From IMG/VR virus record IMGVR_UViG_3300035703_000025, positions 1 to 64,000 of that record: a stretch of 64,000 bases of DNA; one strand, written 5' to 3'. The stretch is from a virus. Below, in pieces: positions 19,001 through 30,382 of this stretch. The number at the start of each line of letters is the position of its first letter. Positions within the stretch are counted from its first letter, which is position 1. Below the pieces are notes generated by a model that saw nothing but the letters and a program-made list of their open reading frames with translations, ran no database searches and was not told the DNA's origin. The position numbers were made by a program, and so were the translations under genes.

Positions 19001-21139
19001 TCAGAGCTTTGCGATGTAGTTAACGATGTGGTTATTCAGTTCAGTATTGTTGCTGCTAGACCTGTTGATGATAGAAAGAAGGGGGTATTCTTTTTCCATG
19101 TTTTCAATTTCTTCTCTGAGCTGCTCTGGCTCATTCTTGTTATTGGTATCAGCGTTGATTGTGAAGAAGCGGCCAATTTCTCTGATCTTTTCGTACATAC
19201 CGCCCTTCATCTGCTTTTGGTTTTCCTCCATGAAAGATTTGATGTTTTCCCAGAGACGAATAAGGTTTGCAACTCTTGGCTTATCTGAGAATTCGCTAGA
19301 CCGTGAAGAAATGGCGTTCAATAGGCTCTTGTTGAAGATTCCGATACCGTAATAGCCACCAAGAGACTCGTAAAGATCAGAGTATGATTGCAGATTGGAG
19401 TATTTTACGATTGTACTGCAACCGTTAAGCTTCTCAATCATGTAATCATTTAGATCAGTCCACTTATCACTGAGCGATTCAGCTTCGCTTGTTCTAAAAA
19501 CTGGAGTCTTGTTTACGTCGATTGACTCTCCAGTAATCTCATTGAAGAGCTTTGCAACACGAACAAAGTCCTTTGCTGCAATTCTGCTTCCGTTAATCTT
19601 GACAAGGAAGTGGTCTGCCTTGATATAAAGACCGCCAGCTTTCTTGTCACACTTTCCAGACTCGTAATTTTCAGAAGCTGTTCCCCATGACTTGAGCGAC
19701 TTCTCGTCCTTGATGAAGTGGCAGTTGCAATAAGACTGACCCTTTACTCTTGGGAGACGAACAGACTTCGGTGGATCAGCAAGGGTGCTTGCGTTTCTGA
19801 AAAGACTCCTTTCAAGCCCGTTTGCCTTCATCCATGCGTCAGGCGGTGTGGTTCCACCATCATCGTTGGTTCTGTCGTGGAACTGGATAAGGCAGTAGAA
19901 GCAGTTCTTGGTCTTTGCGAGGTGCGCTACCTTTGCGTAGTTTCCACGCTGACCGTCATGGTAAAAGATCTCTTCAACATTCCTGTGGTTGTCGCCCAGG
20001 AAAATGTGGTGCACAACTTCGCTTTTGCCGTTAGGATTGTACAGTCTTGCGGTACAGAATGTGGTGTTGATATCAAGGCTACTGCTGTTAATCGTGATAC
20101 CGTTCCACTTTACCTTACCGTTGATAATCCAGCTAAAATGCCTGTTGAAAGAACCAAACTTCTTCTTGGCTTCAATGATGTTCTTGCAGGCCTTTAGCTG
20201 CTTTTCGGTAGATTCGATGATTTCAGCTTCGATCTCCTTTACCCGATCAAGGATAGCCTTCTTTGTTGCCTCATTGTACTCAAGCTCTTCTCTATTTGCT
20301 GAGATGCTGAGCTTTCCAATTTCAAAATCAATGCAGATTGGCGATGTTAGTGCGTTTACAGCGTATGTGTTGTTGGTCAGGGTCTGAACATTGATGGGAT
20401 AACCAATGTTTCCCATAACTGCGACAGCCCTGCTCTGATAGTAGGAGCTTACTCCATGTCCGTAAACCTTCCAACCGTTTCCAGAAAGGATCTCTTTTTC
20501 GTCAGACTGAAAAGAGATGTCGCTGATATTAAGAACGCTTGGCTTGACCTTGAAATACTTGACAGCGGTTGCGATTTCGCTCTCGAAAGAGCGAATGTCT
20601 GAAATGTTTACGGGAATGACAATCTCAATACCGTTATCTTCCTTGGTCTTGCTTTCGTCAACCTTTGCAATAGAGCCAAGCCTGGTTTCGTCAATGTACG
20701 CGGTATACGTGTGCTTTACGCCGTCCTTGTAGGAAATGATTGTGAACGAGTCACCGTAAGCAAATCCGCTCTTTGAGCCAAGACCAAGCTGACCAGTATA
20801 GTCATTGCTGTTTCGCTTGGTGCTTCGACCGTACATACAGTAGACATTCCTGATCTCTTCTTCAGTAAGTCCGCGACCAAAGTCACGAACCTTGAATTGT
20901 GGGACCATTCTTGTCGGAGCTGTAATTACGATTGGCTTATCGCGCAGACCGTTTTCTACATTTGCATCAGCGGCATTTGTAGAGTACTCTCTGACAACAG
21001 CAGCGATCTTGTTTGAGTAAAGCTTGCTGCGAAGAATGTCAAAGATGTAGACAAGATCCTCGCTTGAAGAAATACCGAACTTTGACTCTGTAAATGAACC
21101 GAATCGTTCAACGGTGGGAGGGGTGATATTTGAAATCAT
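19001..21139 (-). CDS. rIIA: rIIA-like protein (GHKL ATPase N-terminus)
   Basis: LYSNKIAAVVREYSTNA.DA, RDFGRGL, STKRNSN, GLGSKS; adjacent to rIIB. Confidence 0.88.
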   Translation of the reverse strand: MISNITPPTVERFGSFTESKFGISSSEDLVYIFDILRSKLYSNKIAAVVREYSTNAADANVENGLRDKPIVITAPTRMVPQFKVRDFGRGLTEEEIRNVYCMYGRSTKRNSNDYTGQLGLGSKSGFAYGDSFTIISYKDGVKHTYTAYIDETRLGSIAKVDESKTKEDNGIEIVIPVNISDIRSFESEIATAVKYFKVKPSVLNISDISFQSDEKEILSGNGWKVYGHGVSSYYQSRAVAVMGNIGYPINVQTLTNNTYAVNALTSPICIDFEIGKLSISANREELEYNEATKKAILDRVKEIEAEIIESTEKQLKACKNIIEAKKKFGSFNRHFSWIINGKVKWNGITINSSSLDINTTFCTARLYNPNGKSEVVHHIFLGDNHRNVEEIFYHDGQRGNYAKVAHLAKTKNCFYCLIQFHDRTNDDGGTTPPDAWMKANGLERSLFRNASTLADPPKSVRLPRVKGQSYCNCHFIKDEKSLKSWGTASENYESGKCDKKAGGLYIKADHFLVKINGSRIAAKDFVRVAKLFNEITGESIDVNKTPVFRTSEAESLSDKWTDLNDYMIEKLNGCSTIVKYSNLQSYSDLYESLGGYYGIGIFNKSLLNAISSRSSEFSDKPRVANLIRLWENIKSFMEENQKQMKGGMYEKIREIGRFFTINADTNNKNEPEQLREEIENMEKEYPLLSIINRSSSNNTELNNHIVNYIAKL

Positions 21140-21845
21140 GTCTTCCTGTAAATCTCATCTTGGGACAAAAGTTCAACTTTGACTGACGCTGTTTTCTTTC
21201 CAACTTCTTGAGTTGCCTTGTATTTTACAGACTGTAGATCTGCATCATTTTGATTTGAGACAGAATCAACAACCTCTGTTTGTACACCAAACGACACGGA
21301 TATTCTAGCGCTTTCAATAGCCGCAGACCTGAATGATGTGAATGTTTTTGCAGAACCAACAGCAGCAAACGTGTTTCCGTTCCAGAAAAGTCCTAGGCTT
21401 TTATCGGACTTGATTTGACGTATTTGCAGTGCCATATTTGTAATACACTAGAGCATACTTTTGATCTTTTCGGAGATAATCACAGAAGCAAGCTTGAATT
21501 CTTCAAAACTATCTTCTGGATTCTCTAGTCTTAGACCGTAAGAACTACAAATTTTGAAATTGATCGGTTCAGTCTTGTGGTCTTGAGAATGCCAAAATGA
21601 TGCACGAAGAATGGTTGGTCTAGAAACTTGGTTTTTTGACCAGGGATTAGTGTACTTGTAAACGCTGTCGCAGACAAAAATTTCGCAACCAACAGTCAGA
21701 GTTCCATAAGACCTTGACCAAAACTTTACGTAAGTTTCAAATGGAACCATATCTGCTGGTCTTCGTCTTGTGATGTTCTCAAAGCCATCAAGTGAAGCCA
21801 CAGTCTTGTTGTTGAACATGAATCTGTTAAATGCCATGATTCACC

Positions 21846-22019
21846 TCAGTCAATCGGTTCGATTTGCTCGTCACAGTCGTAATTAGGATTATTCAAAACA
21901 TCTTGTCTGTACTTGCGAAGCTTTCGATCCTTGCATTCCTTGCAGGTTGAACAGAGAAAAATTCCGCGAGCGTCAAACTGGCGATTTTTCTGAAGTCCGC
22001 TTCCGCAATCACATTCCAC
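21846..22019 (-). CDS. small Cys4 zinc-binding protein
   Basis: Below ORF-track cut-off: MECDCGSG...DARGIFLCSTCKEC...YDCDEQIEPID. Confidence 0.6.
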   Translation of the reverse strand: MECDCGSGLQKNRQFDARGIFLCSTCKECKDRKLRKYRQDVLNNPNYDCDEQIEPID

Positions 22020-22716
22020 TTAATCCTCCAATCGACTCAAGACCAATCTCAACAATAGGCTCGAAATCCTTTGCGTCACCACCAGAATCAACAACACTAT
22101 TGTATTGTTCTTCTGGAACAACACAGATGGAGCAGCCACGGATATCGGTAAAGGTTTCGCCGTCGTTAAGAACAACAATGGTGACAAAGTTTGACATAGT
22201 TTCTCCTATTAGGCCTCGGTTGCGTCTTCAATATGCCAGTTGTAGCCAACATTATCTTCAAGATTCTTAAGGTCTGCGCTCAGCGCATCAATCCAAAAAT
22301 CAGCCTCATTTGACTCAACGTCCTTGATGTCAGGAAAATCAAAAACGACTATAACCTTCATAGCCAGTAGTCTCCGTAAATGATTTCAGATCCTGTGTTT
22401 CCAGATGCGATCCTGTCGTAAACCATCTCTGCAAAATCAAATGAGCTTACAAAATCAGCAACCTTCTTGTATTCGCTATTGTCAACAAGTGAAAAACCAA
22501 CGCCCCAGGATGTCTGAACACTAGCCTTGCTGTGTCTAGTGTAGTCAGTGAGTCTGATTTCCTTGATATCCCAGACTGAAGAAACAAAGTCCATGTGACA
22601 ATCGTCGTCGTCTTCGTCCTCGTTCAAGAAGTCAACAGAGGCCTCAATTCTGATCGTGTACGGAACTGAGTCGTTTGGAACGTAAACGTTCTTGAAAATA
22701 AGAGCAATGTCTTTCA

Positions 22717-23478
22717 TTAGTGCCTCACATAAGCAATGGTTGGAATAGACCTGTCCCAGCAGTTTCTGCAGTCTTCGCAGTTTTTACGGTTTTCGTCTGT
22801 TGTCACAGGGCAAACATGTTGGTGACCAGAGGGGTCATCTACAACTATTGATGTGTTAGCGAATCGTCTTGGCGCGTTCTTTCCGACAATATGTGCAGAA
22901 ACACGAACACAAAGGTTGTCAGGAATGCTGAAATCAACCGAATCAATGATTTCGTACTCTCTTGTAGGAAGCCAGTGAATTGTATTTGGTGTGTGCTCGC
23001 AAACCTTGCAGATATTGAAGAAATGATTAAGTGACTGCAGGTCTCCGCTGTCGTGCCACCTGAACTCCTTACACTTCCTCTTGAGGATGGTGAAAACGAT
23101 TGATGGAACCCATTGCTGGTTAGTCAAAGACTCAAATCGCCTTGCGTTCGCTGACTTTACATTGCTCCAGGGATAGTTTGAGTGATGGCCTCCTTGCTTG
23201 GCCCAAGCCCAGTCGTCAGCTGCATAGCAAGAAAAGCAAACAGAACCAGCAACAAACCTCAGCTTTCCACCTGTTTTGCACTTGCTTGACGGCAAGGCGT
23301 ATCCCCATCCAGGCATTTTTGATGGGGACGAAAACTTACCGTGAACTAGATCAGCTTGCTTGATTGTCTTGAACTTCTGTAGATCCGTTGAGATTTTGCC
23401 CTTGTACCTCTGAATCACTCCTGTCGTTATCACTGGAAGGCTTAGCACAGACTCTGAAAGTTTGCTCGTAGGCATCAA
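22717..23478 (-). CDS. GP88-family protein (Cys-rich, putative Fe-S)
   Basis: SKMPG..LP...C, CYA, FRWHDSGDL, HWLPTRE, CP...C..C..CWD. Confidence 0.8.
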   Translation of the reverse strand: MMPTSKLSESVLSLPVITTGVIQRYKGKISTDLQKFKTIKQADLVHGKFSSPSKMPGWGYALPSSKCKTGGKLRFVAGSVCFSCYAADDWAWAKQGGHHSNYPWSNVKSANARRFESLTNQQWVPSIVFTILKRKCKEFRWHDSGDLQSLNHFFNICKVCEHTPNTIHWLPTREYEIIDSVDFSIPDNLCVRVSAHIVGKNAPRRFANTSIVVDDPSGHQHVCPVTTDENRKNCEDCRNCWDRSIPTIAYVRH

Positions 23479-23559
23479 AGACCTCCTTGACTGGCTTGTT
23501 TGTGAAAATGGCGGTAGAGAGATCAGAAATAAACATATGCATGATTGCTTGCTGATCCA

Positions 23560-24033
23560 TTAGTCAGCACCTTCCTTATGAGTACGATTATTTGAGTCTG
23601 TTCCACTAAGTCTCCTGAAAACGTCTTCGTATTTATCGAAAACCTTATTCATTGAGCTTTTTAAATCACTACTGCCGACATCATCATCCAAGTCCTCATC
23701 TTCTGCTTGGTCATAATCGTCGCGGTCATCAAAATCCATTCCATCTGGACCGTAAGTATTATCATACCAAGCTTGTCTAGCCTCTTCTTGATGGGCTAAA
23801 CTCAGGTGCTCTTCTCCAGTCTTTTCGCTGTTCGCAGGAGTGTTTTCGATTTTAAAACAATCCCAGTTTCTGTCTTCTGCAATTCTTTCTGGTTCTCTGT
23901 AATGCTCCAAAGAATCAGCTGTTTGTCTGCAGTACATCCGCCTCGCCTCGTCGCGCTCTCGCAACGCATCAACGAGTTGACTGTTGAGGCCTCGGATCAT
24001 TTCGTTCAGGTATTCACGCTCTTCGTCGTTCAC
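23560..24033 (-). CDS. ERDEARR-WDCF family protein with acidic tail
   Basis: ERDEARRMYC...RNWDCFK. Confidence 0.75.
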   Translation of the reverse strand: MNDEEREYLNEMIRGLNSQLVDALRERDEARRMYCRQTADSLEHYREPERIAEDRNWDCFKIENTPANSEKTGEEHLSLAHQEEARQAWYDNTYGPDGMDFDDRDDYDQAEDEDLDDDVGSSDLKSSMNKVFDKYEDVFRRLSGTDSNNRTHKEGAD

Positions 24034-24296
24034 TTGCCGTCCTCCTGTGGGAAGCAGTCCCAGCCTTCATCCTTTGCTACATCCTTCTGCGTGTAAGGGC
24101 CAGCACCATCAAGTTCTGCGTTGCACGCATATTCATAGTGATCGGCAACGGCTTTGCAATACATCCGCCTCGCATGGTCGCGCTCGGCGGTGAGGGTTGC
24201 GTTCTCCTGCCGAAGTCGCTTGATCTCTGCGATTGCCTTGTCCATCAGCGATACCGCGTCAGGAGCAATCGCCGCAATGATGTCTGTGTCTTTCAC
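24030..24296 (-). CDS. ERDEARR-WDCF family protein
   Basis: ERDHARRMYC...EGWDCFP. Confidence 0.75.
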   Translation of the reverse strand: MKDTDIIAAIAPDAVSLMDKAIAEIKRLRQENATLTAERDHARRMYCKAVADHYEYACNAELDGAGPYTQKDVAKDEGWDCFPQEDGK

Positions 24297-24625
24297 TTGC
24301 CGTCCTCCTTGAAGCAGTCCCAACCACACCAACGGGCGTAATCGGAAGCAAGCGTGGTCGGTTCACCATCGCTCAAACAACTAGCCGATTCGACTCTCTT
24401 ACATACTTCCCTTCGTGCTTCGTCCCGTTGCCGCCTCATCTCGTCACGCTCGGCGGTGAGGCGTTCCGCCAATTCCTCCAGCGCGTCGATCCGTCTTGCC
24501 ATGCTCTCCAGTTCGTCCACGGCTGTTCGAATGTCGCGGGGGTGCGCTTTTTGTCCGTCCTCCCGCAGCGTTTCGATAATCTGCGGTAGGTGCGGATTGA
24601 GTTTCATGTATGGCATACAGTTCAC
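24293..24625 (-). CDS. ERDEARR-WDCF family protein
   Basis: QRDEARREVC...CGWDCFK. Confidence 0.75.
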   Translation of the reverse strand: MNCMPYMKLNPHLPQIIETLREDGQKAHPRDIRTAVDELESMARRIDALEELAERLTAERDEMRRQRDEARREVCKRVESASCLSDGEPTTLASDYARWCGWDCFKEDGK

Positions 24626-24840
24626 TTGGTTTCCTCCTTGTAGCAATCCCACGCTCTGCGCTTGGCTTCAGCGCGGGCGCGTCGATACATGTCATCCACG
24701 GATAGGCAGTTACCAACGACTTCGGCTTCACACCACATACGGCGTACCTCATCTCGCTCATCTGTCAGACGCTCAATCCGCAAAAGCAACTCCTTTCTCT
24801 CGTCATATTGATGTGGCTTGTAGTGATATGGTTCACTCAT
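24622..24840 (-). CDS. ERDEARR-WDCF family protein
   Basis: ERDEVRRMWC...RAWDCYK. Confidence 0.75.
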   Translation of the reverse strand: MSEPYHYKPHQYDERKELLLRIERLTDERDEVRRMWCEAEVVGNCLSVDDMYRRARAEAKRRAWDCYKEETK

Positions 24841-25091
24841 TGTTCGTCCTCCTCAAGCAGGTAGCACCACCCACGGGCGGTGGCATGAAACTCTGGGGTG
24901 TCTCCGTCACATCCATGTGTGACGTTACGAGACAAAAGAAAGCAAACTTCCTGTCGTGCATTATCACGATCGGTGGTAAGGCGTTCAATTTCGATATTTA
25001 GATCTCGAATTCGATTCGAAGCAATCATATTGATGCTCTGCGATCTTCCGTCAATTCGCATCAATGAATTCATGATTTCGGCGTCATTCAT
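24837..25091 (-). CDS. ERDEARR-WDCF family protein (divergent)
   Basis: DRDNARQEVC...RGWCY. Confidence 0.7.
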   Translation of the reverse strand: MNDAEIMNSLMRIDGRSQSINMIASNRIRDLNIEIERLTTDRDNARQEVCFLLSRNVTHGCDGDTPEFHATARGWCYLLEEDEQ

Positions 25092-27339
25092 TTTGTGCTC
25101 CTTTTCTTTACAGCCCAAGATCTCTGTAATAATTTGCAGTTTGCTCATCAAGAAGAGACTGGGCTTCTTCTTCCTCTTCAGTCATTGAGTTCTTGTAAAT
25201 GTATTGCATAAGACCTTCTGCAGCCATCTCAATGCTAAAAAAGTCCTCCTCAGACATCTTGTGGCTTGCCATTCTCAGAATCTTATTGACTTCACGAGAA
25301 ATGTGGTCTGCACAATTCTTATCAATCTTTGGTTCCATGTCAAGCTTCCTCGTATCTGTCGGGCTGGTTCCTATTGCGAGCCTCTTCAACAAACTCCACA
25401 ACTACATTTGGGTTTTCTGAGCATTCGTTAAAACACAGACCAATTATGTGCCTGTATCCGTTTTCGCTCAGTGCGTCCTGTGGATCTTCGTATTCAACGT
25501 AATCGTCTGTTTCGGTATTTGTGGCATAAACACTGTGAACAAGGATTTCCTTTGCTTCGTATGTGTAATGCCTTGGAGACTCAAGGAAAGAACGCCATTT
25601 AGTAACAGAAAACTGAACGGTGATCTTGTTAAAGTCCCCAAACTCACGCCGCATCACATCACAGAATGGTTTGTTCTTGAGGGTCTTCGTATCAAATTCA
25701 ACTTCGTGTGTAAGCATCAGAAAACCTCCGGCTCTCGCCGCCAAAAGATACCGTCATTAACAATTCCTTCGTGGTCGATCTCAATGAAGTCCCAAACATT
25801 ATCAGATGGCTTTTCTCCAATGATCTTTACTAGAAGTCCCTCTATCTTTTCGCGCTCATCGCCAAGTTTCCAGGTACGCTCCATGTCTTCGGGTGTGCTG
25901 CCCCACTTCAAAAGTCCGTGAAGCTCACGCACAATGCACTTCCTGTGATAGATGAGAGAATCACAAATGTCCTTAAGTTCTTCTTTAGTGAGTTCAGTCA
26001 TTGTTTGCCTTGTCTGCAAACGTGAAATGATCCTTTCTGTTTCCGTACATAGCGCGAATAACAAGAGATGCCTTTGCGCTATCCGTAAGTCCCCCAAGAA
26101 GCTTTCTCTGAACAAAGTCCAACTGTGCATCCGTCATGTTTCCGTCACGCACCATCATCTCAATGAACTCGGAAATCGCCTGACATTGCGTGGCGTAAAG
26201 CAGCTCGTAAATAGACAACTGCCTGTCATCATTGGGAGGTCGGACGTCAGTAGACATTAGCTTAACCGTGGACTTTTGTTCAGCCTTTTTGTTGCCAGTC
26301 ATCTTGAGTCTCCAATCAAAATAGAAACCACGAACACGATCCCACATACGAGACAAAAGGGCGTTTCTGAGCAGCCAGGGCTGCTTTTTGAGTGAATTAC
26401 TGCACACAAACACATCCACACTACCTCTCCTAACACCATTAGTATATAGGGGAGAAGAGTGGAGAAGAAGGTCGGTGTATTGAGGAGTTTCACCAAGAGA
26501 ATTATTTTTCACAGAAGTCCTCATATCAGCGTGTGGTTTTTCGTGGTCTTGCATGGTGTTACCCCTGTGTACTGTATGGGGTGGTGTTGGGTTTCTGTGG
26601 TTTTTGATGGTTTTAGTTGGCTACGCGAATACGGATTGATTTGGCCTCTTGATACATGTCATAGGCCTTGTCACCGTACTTGAGACCCATTTTGAAGCCA
26701 CGAATAACCCAAGGAGACGCAGAAATACCAGTTTCTATGCCAGGAAGTTCAAAGTTCATCATGGCACAGTAGATTCCGCGCTCGTAAGCCCTCATATCAA
26801 GAAGTTCCTGGTTTTCAAGGTACATCGTAGATTTGCTCCCATCCCTTTGGCGAGATCCTACTAATGATGAACTCACGATCTTCCCTGCTGAGATAGGGAA
26901 ACGCGTTTTGAGCAAGGACTTTTCGGTTTTTCCATGCAATGTAATCAGGTGTGTTCACTGTGACAGCATAGTCCTCGCCAGTGATTACACACCTACCAGA
27001 GATGGTTGTTTTGCTCTGTTCCATTAGGCCTCCGTGATTGCTTTACCAATGACTCTAGCTACTCCACCCCACAAAGTAAGTCCGAACGCTCCACAAAGTC
27101 CCCAATACTGACCCTTCCAGGCCATGTAGTAGCAAAGCCCTGTGATGCAAAGACTTACAACGAAAAGAACGATGATAAGAATGAGCTTTTGTCTGCTGAG
27201 GTTTCGCATTTTCTTACTTTCTTTTAGAATCTGGACATTTTCTTGTAGAATGCCCATTTTCAGTATCCATCATGTATTGGGGTTTGTCGTGTTGAGTAAC
27301 GCTTTGTGTGAATAATTCTTCTTCTAGAAAGAAATGTAT

Positions 27340-27726
27340 TCACCACCAAGAAGTGTAGAAGATTCGCTTGTCTTCCTCAACGATTAACTTCTTAGCTCTT
27401 TCTACAAAGTCAAGATCTTCCTTTCTCTGTTCTTCATCTCTGTAAGACTGACCAAAGAAGAAACCAGAGGTCTCAGGAAGTCTATCTTCACGAATGAAGT
27501 CTTCGAGATTTTCAAGGTCACTCAGTGTCAGCTCCACAGCAGCGCAGTTAAACTGCTCATCAACACCACCGCGTTCCCTGTAGAGACTCTCCATCCAACC
27601 GTGAAGATTCGGATGCTTTCGCCAGTAAGCAACTTCAATACTGGTATCTGGCCTACAGAAGTCAACACGAACCCCATCAGGAATCTCATCGCAGTCACAC
27701 GCGTAGCACCATTGATCAAGTCCCAT
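27340..27726 (-). CDS. conserved phage protein (MGLD...YWRK family)
   Basis: MGLDQ, YWRKHPNLHGWM, LP.TSGFFFG, YTSWW. Confidence 0.75.
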   Translation of the reverse strand: MGLDQWCYACDCDEIPDGVRVDFCRPDTSIEVAYWRKHPNLHGWMESLYRERGGVDEQFNCAAVELTLSDLENLEDFIREDRLPETSGFFFGQSYRDEEQRKEDLDFVERAKKLIVEEDKRIFYTSWW

Positions 27727-27748
27727 TGATGATCCTTTCTAAAAAGAT

Positions 27749-28384
27749 TCAGAGGTGAACAATACCGGGGTAGGGCAAGTAAAAGTCCCTATTGTGATTT
27801 ACGACACCACATGCAGCCTCTTTGGTGAACTTCTTGCAGATTGGGCCTCTCGCGTAAATGCTTTCGTTTCTATTGCCAGTGATGTCTTGATGGTCCATCT
27901 TCCCACGAAGAAAGAACTGATCAATTTCGTGCATGCAGTCAATGTACTCGTGAGCCTCATCACTAGGAGGCATGATTGCACACTCTTCGTCCAGGATCTT
28001 GTAGTACAGACGGCAGTACAGATCGATGTCTGAAAGGTGGTTTGTGTTCATCAGGAAAACTCCACACTTTGCAAGACACTCAATGGCTGTCCACAGCTCA
28101 TCATGAAGCTGGCTGTGTCTGCCAATGATATTCGGTGGAGTCGGAACAAAGTCCATAGTAAGCAAAAGCTCACGACCTGTAGTTCGCAGATGGGATCTCT
28201 GGTCGTACCTAGAACGAATCAGAGCAAGATTGTCTGGGTTAGTTTGTGATCCAGCGATTTCTGCAATCGCCCTGCTTCTCTCTGCTAGATCGTTACGACG
28301 CTTTTCCTTTGCACGATTGAAAGAATCGTAAAACTGCGGATCGTTCGTGTAAGGAAGGTGACGAGTGCCAAAAGTGATGTTCAT
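27749..28384 (-). CDS. hypothetical protein
   Basis: 211-aa ORF with AAGGAG SD. Confidence 0.65.
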   Translation of the reverse strand: MNITFGTRHLPYTNDPQFYDSFNRAKEKRRNDLAERSRAIAEIAGSQTNPDNLALIRSRYDQRSHLRTTGRELLLTMDFVPTPPNIIGRHSQLHDELWTAIECLAKCGVFLMNTNHLSDIDLYCRLYYKILDEECAIMPPSDEAHEYIDCMHEIDQFFLRGKMDHQDITGNRNESIYARGPICKKFTKEAACGVVNHNRDFYLPYPGIVHL

Positions 28385-28411
28385 GAGTGATCTCCTTGAG
28401 GAGTTTTCGTG

Positions 28412-28633
28412 TCAGCGTGACCTAGAGTTTGCACGATCTGCGATTCTTATTGCTTCGGAGTCTTCTGTTGGTACGCAAATGAGATCAGGCGCAGTCTTAT
28501 GACCAAAGACCATGTAACCCTTCATCGGTTTTTCGTTTGAACACTTGACACACCGGGATGTGTTTGGTAAAGCCTCTATACGTGCCTGAGGTATGAGAGA
28601 CCCGCATCCAGCGCAGTTTCTAACTGTGTCCAT
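28412..28633 (-). CDS. TraR/DksA C4-type zinc finger protein
   Basis: CAGCGSLIPQARIEALPNTSRCVKC. Confidence 0.8.
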   Translation of the reverse strand: MDTVRNCAGCGSLIPQARIEALPNTSRCVKCSNEKPMKGYMVFGHKTAPDLICVPTEDSEAIRIADRANSRSR

Positions 28634-29519
28634 AGTGCAAAAGAATCGTTGTTAGTGTTGCGAGAAAAAACCAGGCCCTATTCCGATTCCTTGTCTCTTT
28701 TTCTAGCTTTGTCATATAGAGCCAAAGCCAGAAACATTGCGGTCCTTGCTAGTTCCTGTTCTTGTTTCGAGGAGCTATTGTGCACACAATCCATGTACGC
28801 ACGAACACACGACGCCAGTTTTTCTGCTTCTGATTTCAATCGGCATCATCTTCTGTTTCTTGGACTCCACCAGTCAATTGCTCCAGCGCGTCGTCTAGAA
28901 CAGCGTCTAGATCAGGGCTACTTGAGTTGTCGCTCTTCTCGTTAAGAGGATTATCGTGAACTGCGTCCAAAACGACAACGTCTCTCATGAGCCTAGCAAC
29001 TGAGTCAGTAGAGAGATTTGAGGCAACACCAAACTCATCAAACACGTATTGCCAAGTATGGAAAAGAGAACGCGGGAAAGCCTTTACAGGAACTGGCTCT
29101 CCCTTCCACATGATCAGTATTTCTGCAGTCCTGGAGTTGAACGGAGTCTCCATTCTGTCTTCGTGTCTGCTTACGTGGCTATGATTTGAACAGTAGTTCA
29201 TCCAGCCCCATTGAACTGACAAAGACCAGCCGTTCGAGAATTCCATATGAAATCCTCTGTGGCCAATCACACTCTGATCAGTTGCTGTGAAACCAGGATT
29301 CGTTCCAATTCTCATCTGCGTCTCCTTGCCTGTTTTGGCAAAGCGTTTCGTTTGCACATCTGACGTCGTTCAAAATCTTATTTAGTTTTGAGGACAAAAC
29401 AGGATCTTGTGTTTCCTCGCACAGCATCAACAGACTCATGCCTGCACGAGAAACAGAGCAAACAACTCGATCACGATCTTCGTCTGTAAGCTTTTTGGAC
29501 AACAGAAAACCTCGAAAGA

Positions 29520-29554
29520 GAAAGGGGGTGGCGCCCACATTGAACGCCACCCCC
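29520..29554 (-). terminator. intrinsic terminator
   Basis: GGGGGTGGCG/CGCCACCCCC stem with U-tract on minus strand. Confidence 0.65.
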
Positions 29555-29574
29555 ACACTACTCGTCAGCTCAAA

Positions 29575-29988
29575 TCAGGCGCGAACACCAGCAGCCTTGA
29601 GAGCTGCCGTGTTGTTCTCCACAGCCTGAGACTTCTTCTGAGCGGCGAACAGCTCAGTCACAACGTCGTCGCGGTGGATGCCACCCTTGCCAGTGGTGCC
29701 ACGTGCGATGCTAGCGAGAGCAACAGCCCTCTCCATCTGGCGATCGATAGCTGCGATAGCAGCTGCCTTCGCGGACTCACCGAAAGCACGCAGGGCCTCT
29801 TCGGTGACCGGAACGGACGCGTTCAGGAGCGACGCGACCTGGGCGTTGAGCTGAGACATGGCCTTCGACGGGGTCGCCTTGTCGTCACGGTACTCCGTCA
29901 CCAGGGTCGTCAGCTTGGCTGCGCCCTTCTTGGTGGCGTCGATGGTGCTGGAGGCGAGGGTCTCGACGGAGGTGTTGAGAGTGGTCAT
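29575..29988 (-). CDS. Ala-rich helical protein (paralog of 31181..31609)
   Basis: GTTGKGGIH..DV.TELFAA.KK...ENN..AL..AG. Confidence 0.75.
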   Translation of the reverse strand: MTTLNTSVETLASSTIDATKKGAAKLTTLVTEYRDDKATPSKAMSQLNAQVASLLNASVPVTEEALRAFGESAKAAAIAAIDRQMERAVALASIARGTTGKGGIHRDDVVTELFAAQKKSQAVENNTAALKAAGVRA

Positions 29989-30094
29989 GGTTCTAAGTCC
30001 TAAGTGAAAGTTGCGTGTGAATCAACACTAGTAACACGGTATGGTGTTGTCTCTTTGTTAGGCTTTTGAGTTGCCTAAATGAGGAGTTTGAGTG

Positions 30095-30382
30095 TCAGTC
30101 CTTGATAACGGTGAACGTAACACCGTTCATGGTGACACGAGTGATGGTGTCTTGGTTGATGTGGCGAAACTCGCCCTTCTGCATGTCGAAGACGGTGACA
30201 AGGTTCTTGGATGCAGGGTCGTACTTCATGCCCTGTCCAGTCACACCCTTCTTCACACCGCCACGACAGTTCATGTCACGCACAGATCCATCGGTGCGCT
30301 TGACGAAGGTGACTCCGAAGACCCGGCCAGACTCCTTGGCCTCTTCGATTTTCTGCACAGCCTCTGACAGAGTGATCTGCAT
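30095..30382 (-). CDS. SH3-like beta-barrel (WYL_2/DUF2693-like) protein
   Basis: FGVTFVKRTDGSVRDMNCR...VFDMQKGEFRHIN. Confidence 0.7.
   Translation of the reverse strand: MQITLSEAVQKIEEAKESGRVFGVTFVKRTDGSVRDMNCRGGVKKGVTGQGMKYDPASKNLVTVFDMQKGEFRHINQDTITRVTMNGVTFTVIKD

Noticed and set aside
21846-22019. Suspected frameshift in the small Cys4 ORF
   Set aside because: Recounting the A-run at 21957-21961 shows the frame is intact.
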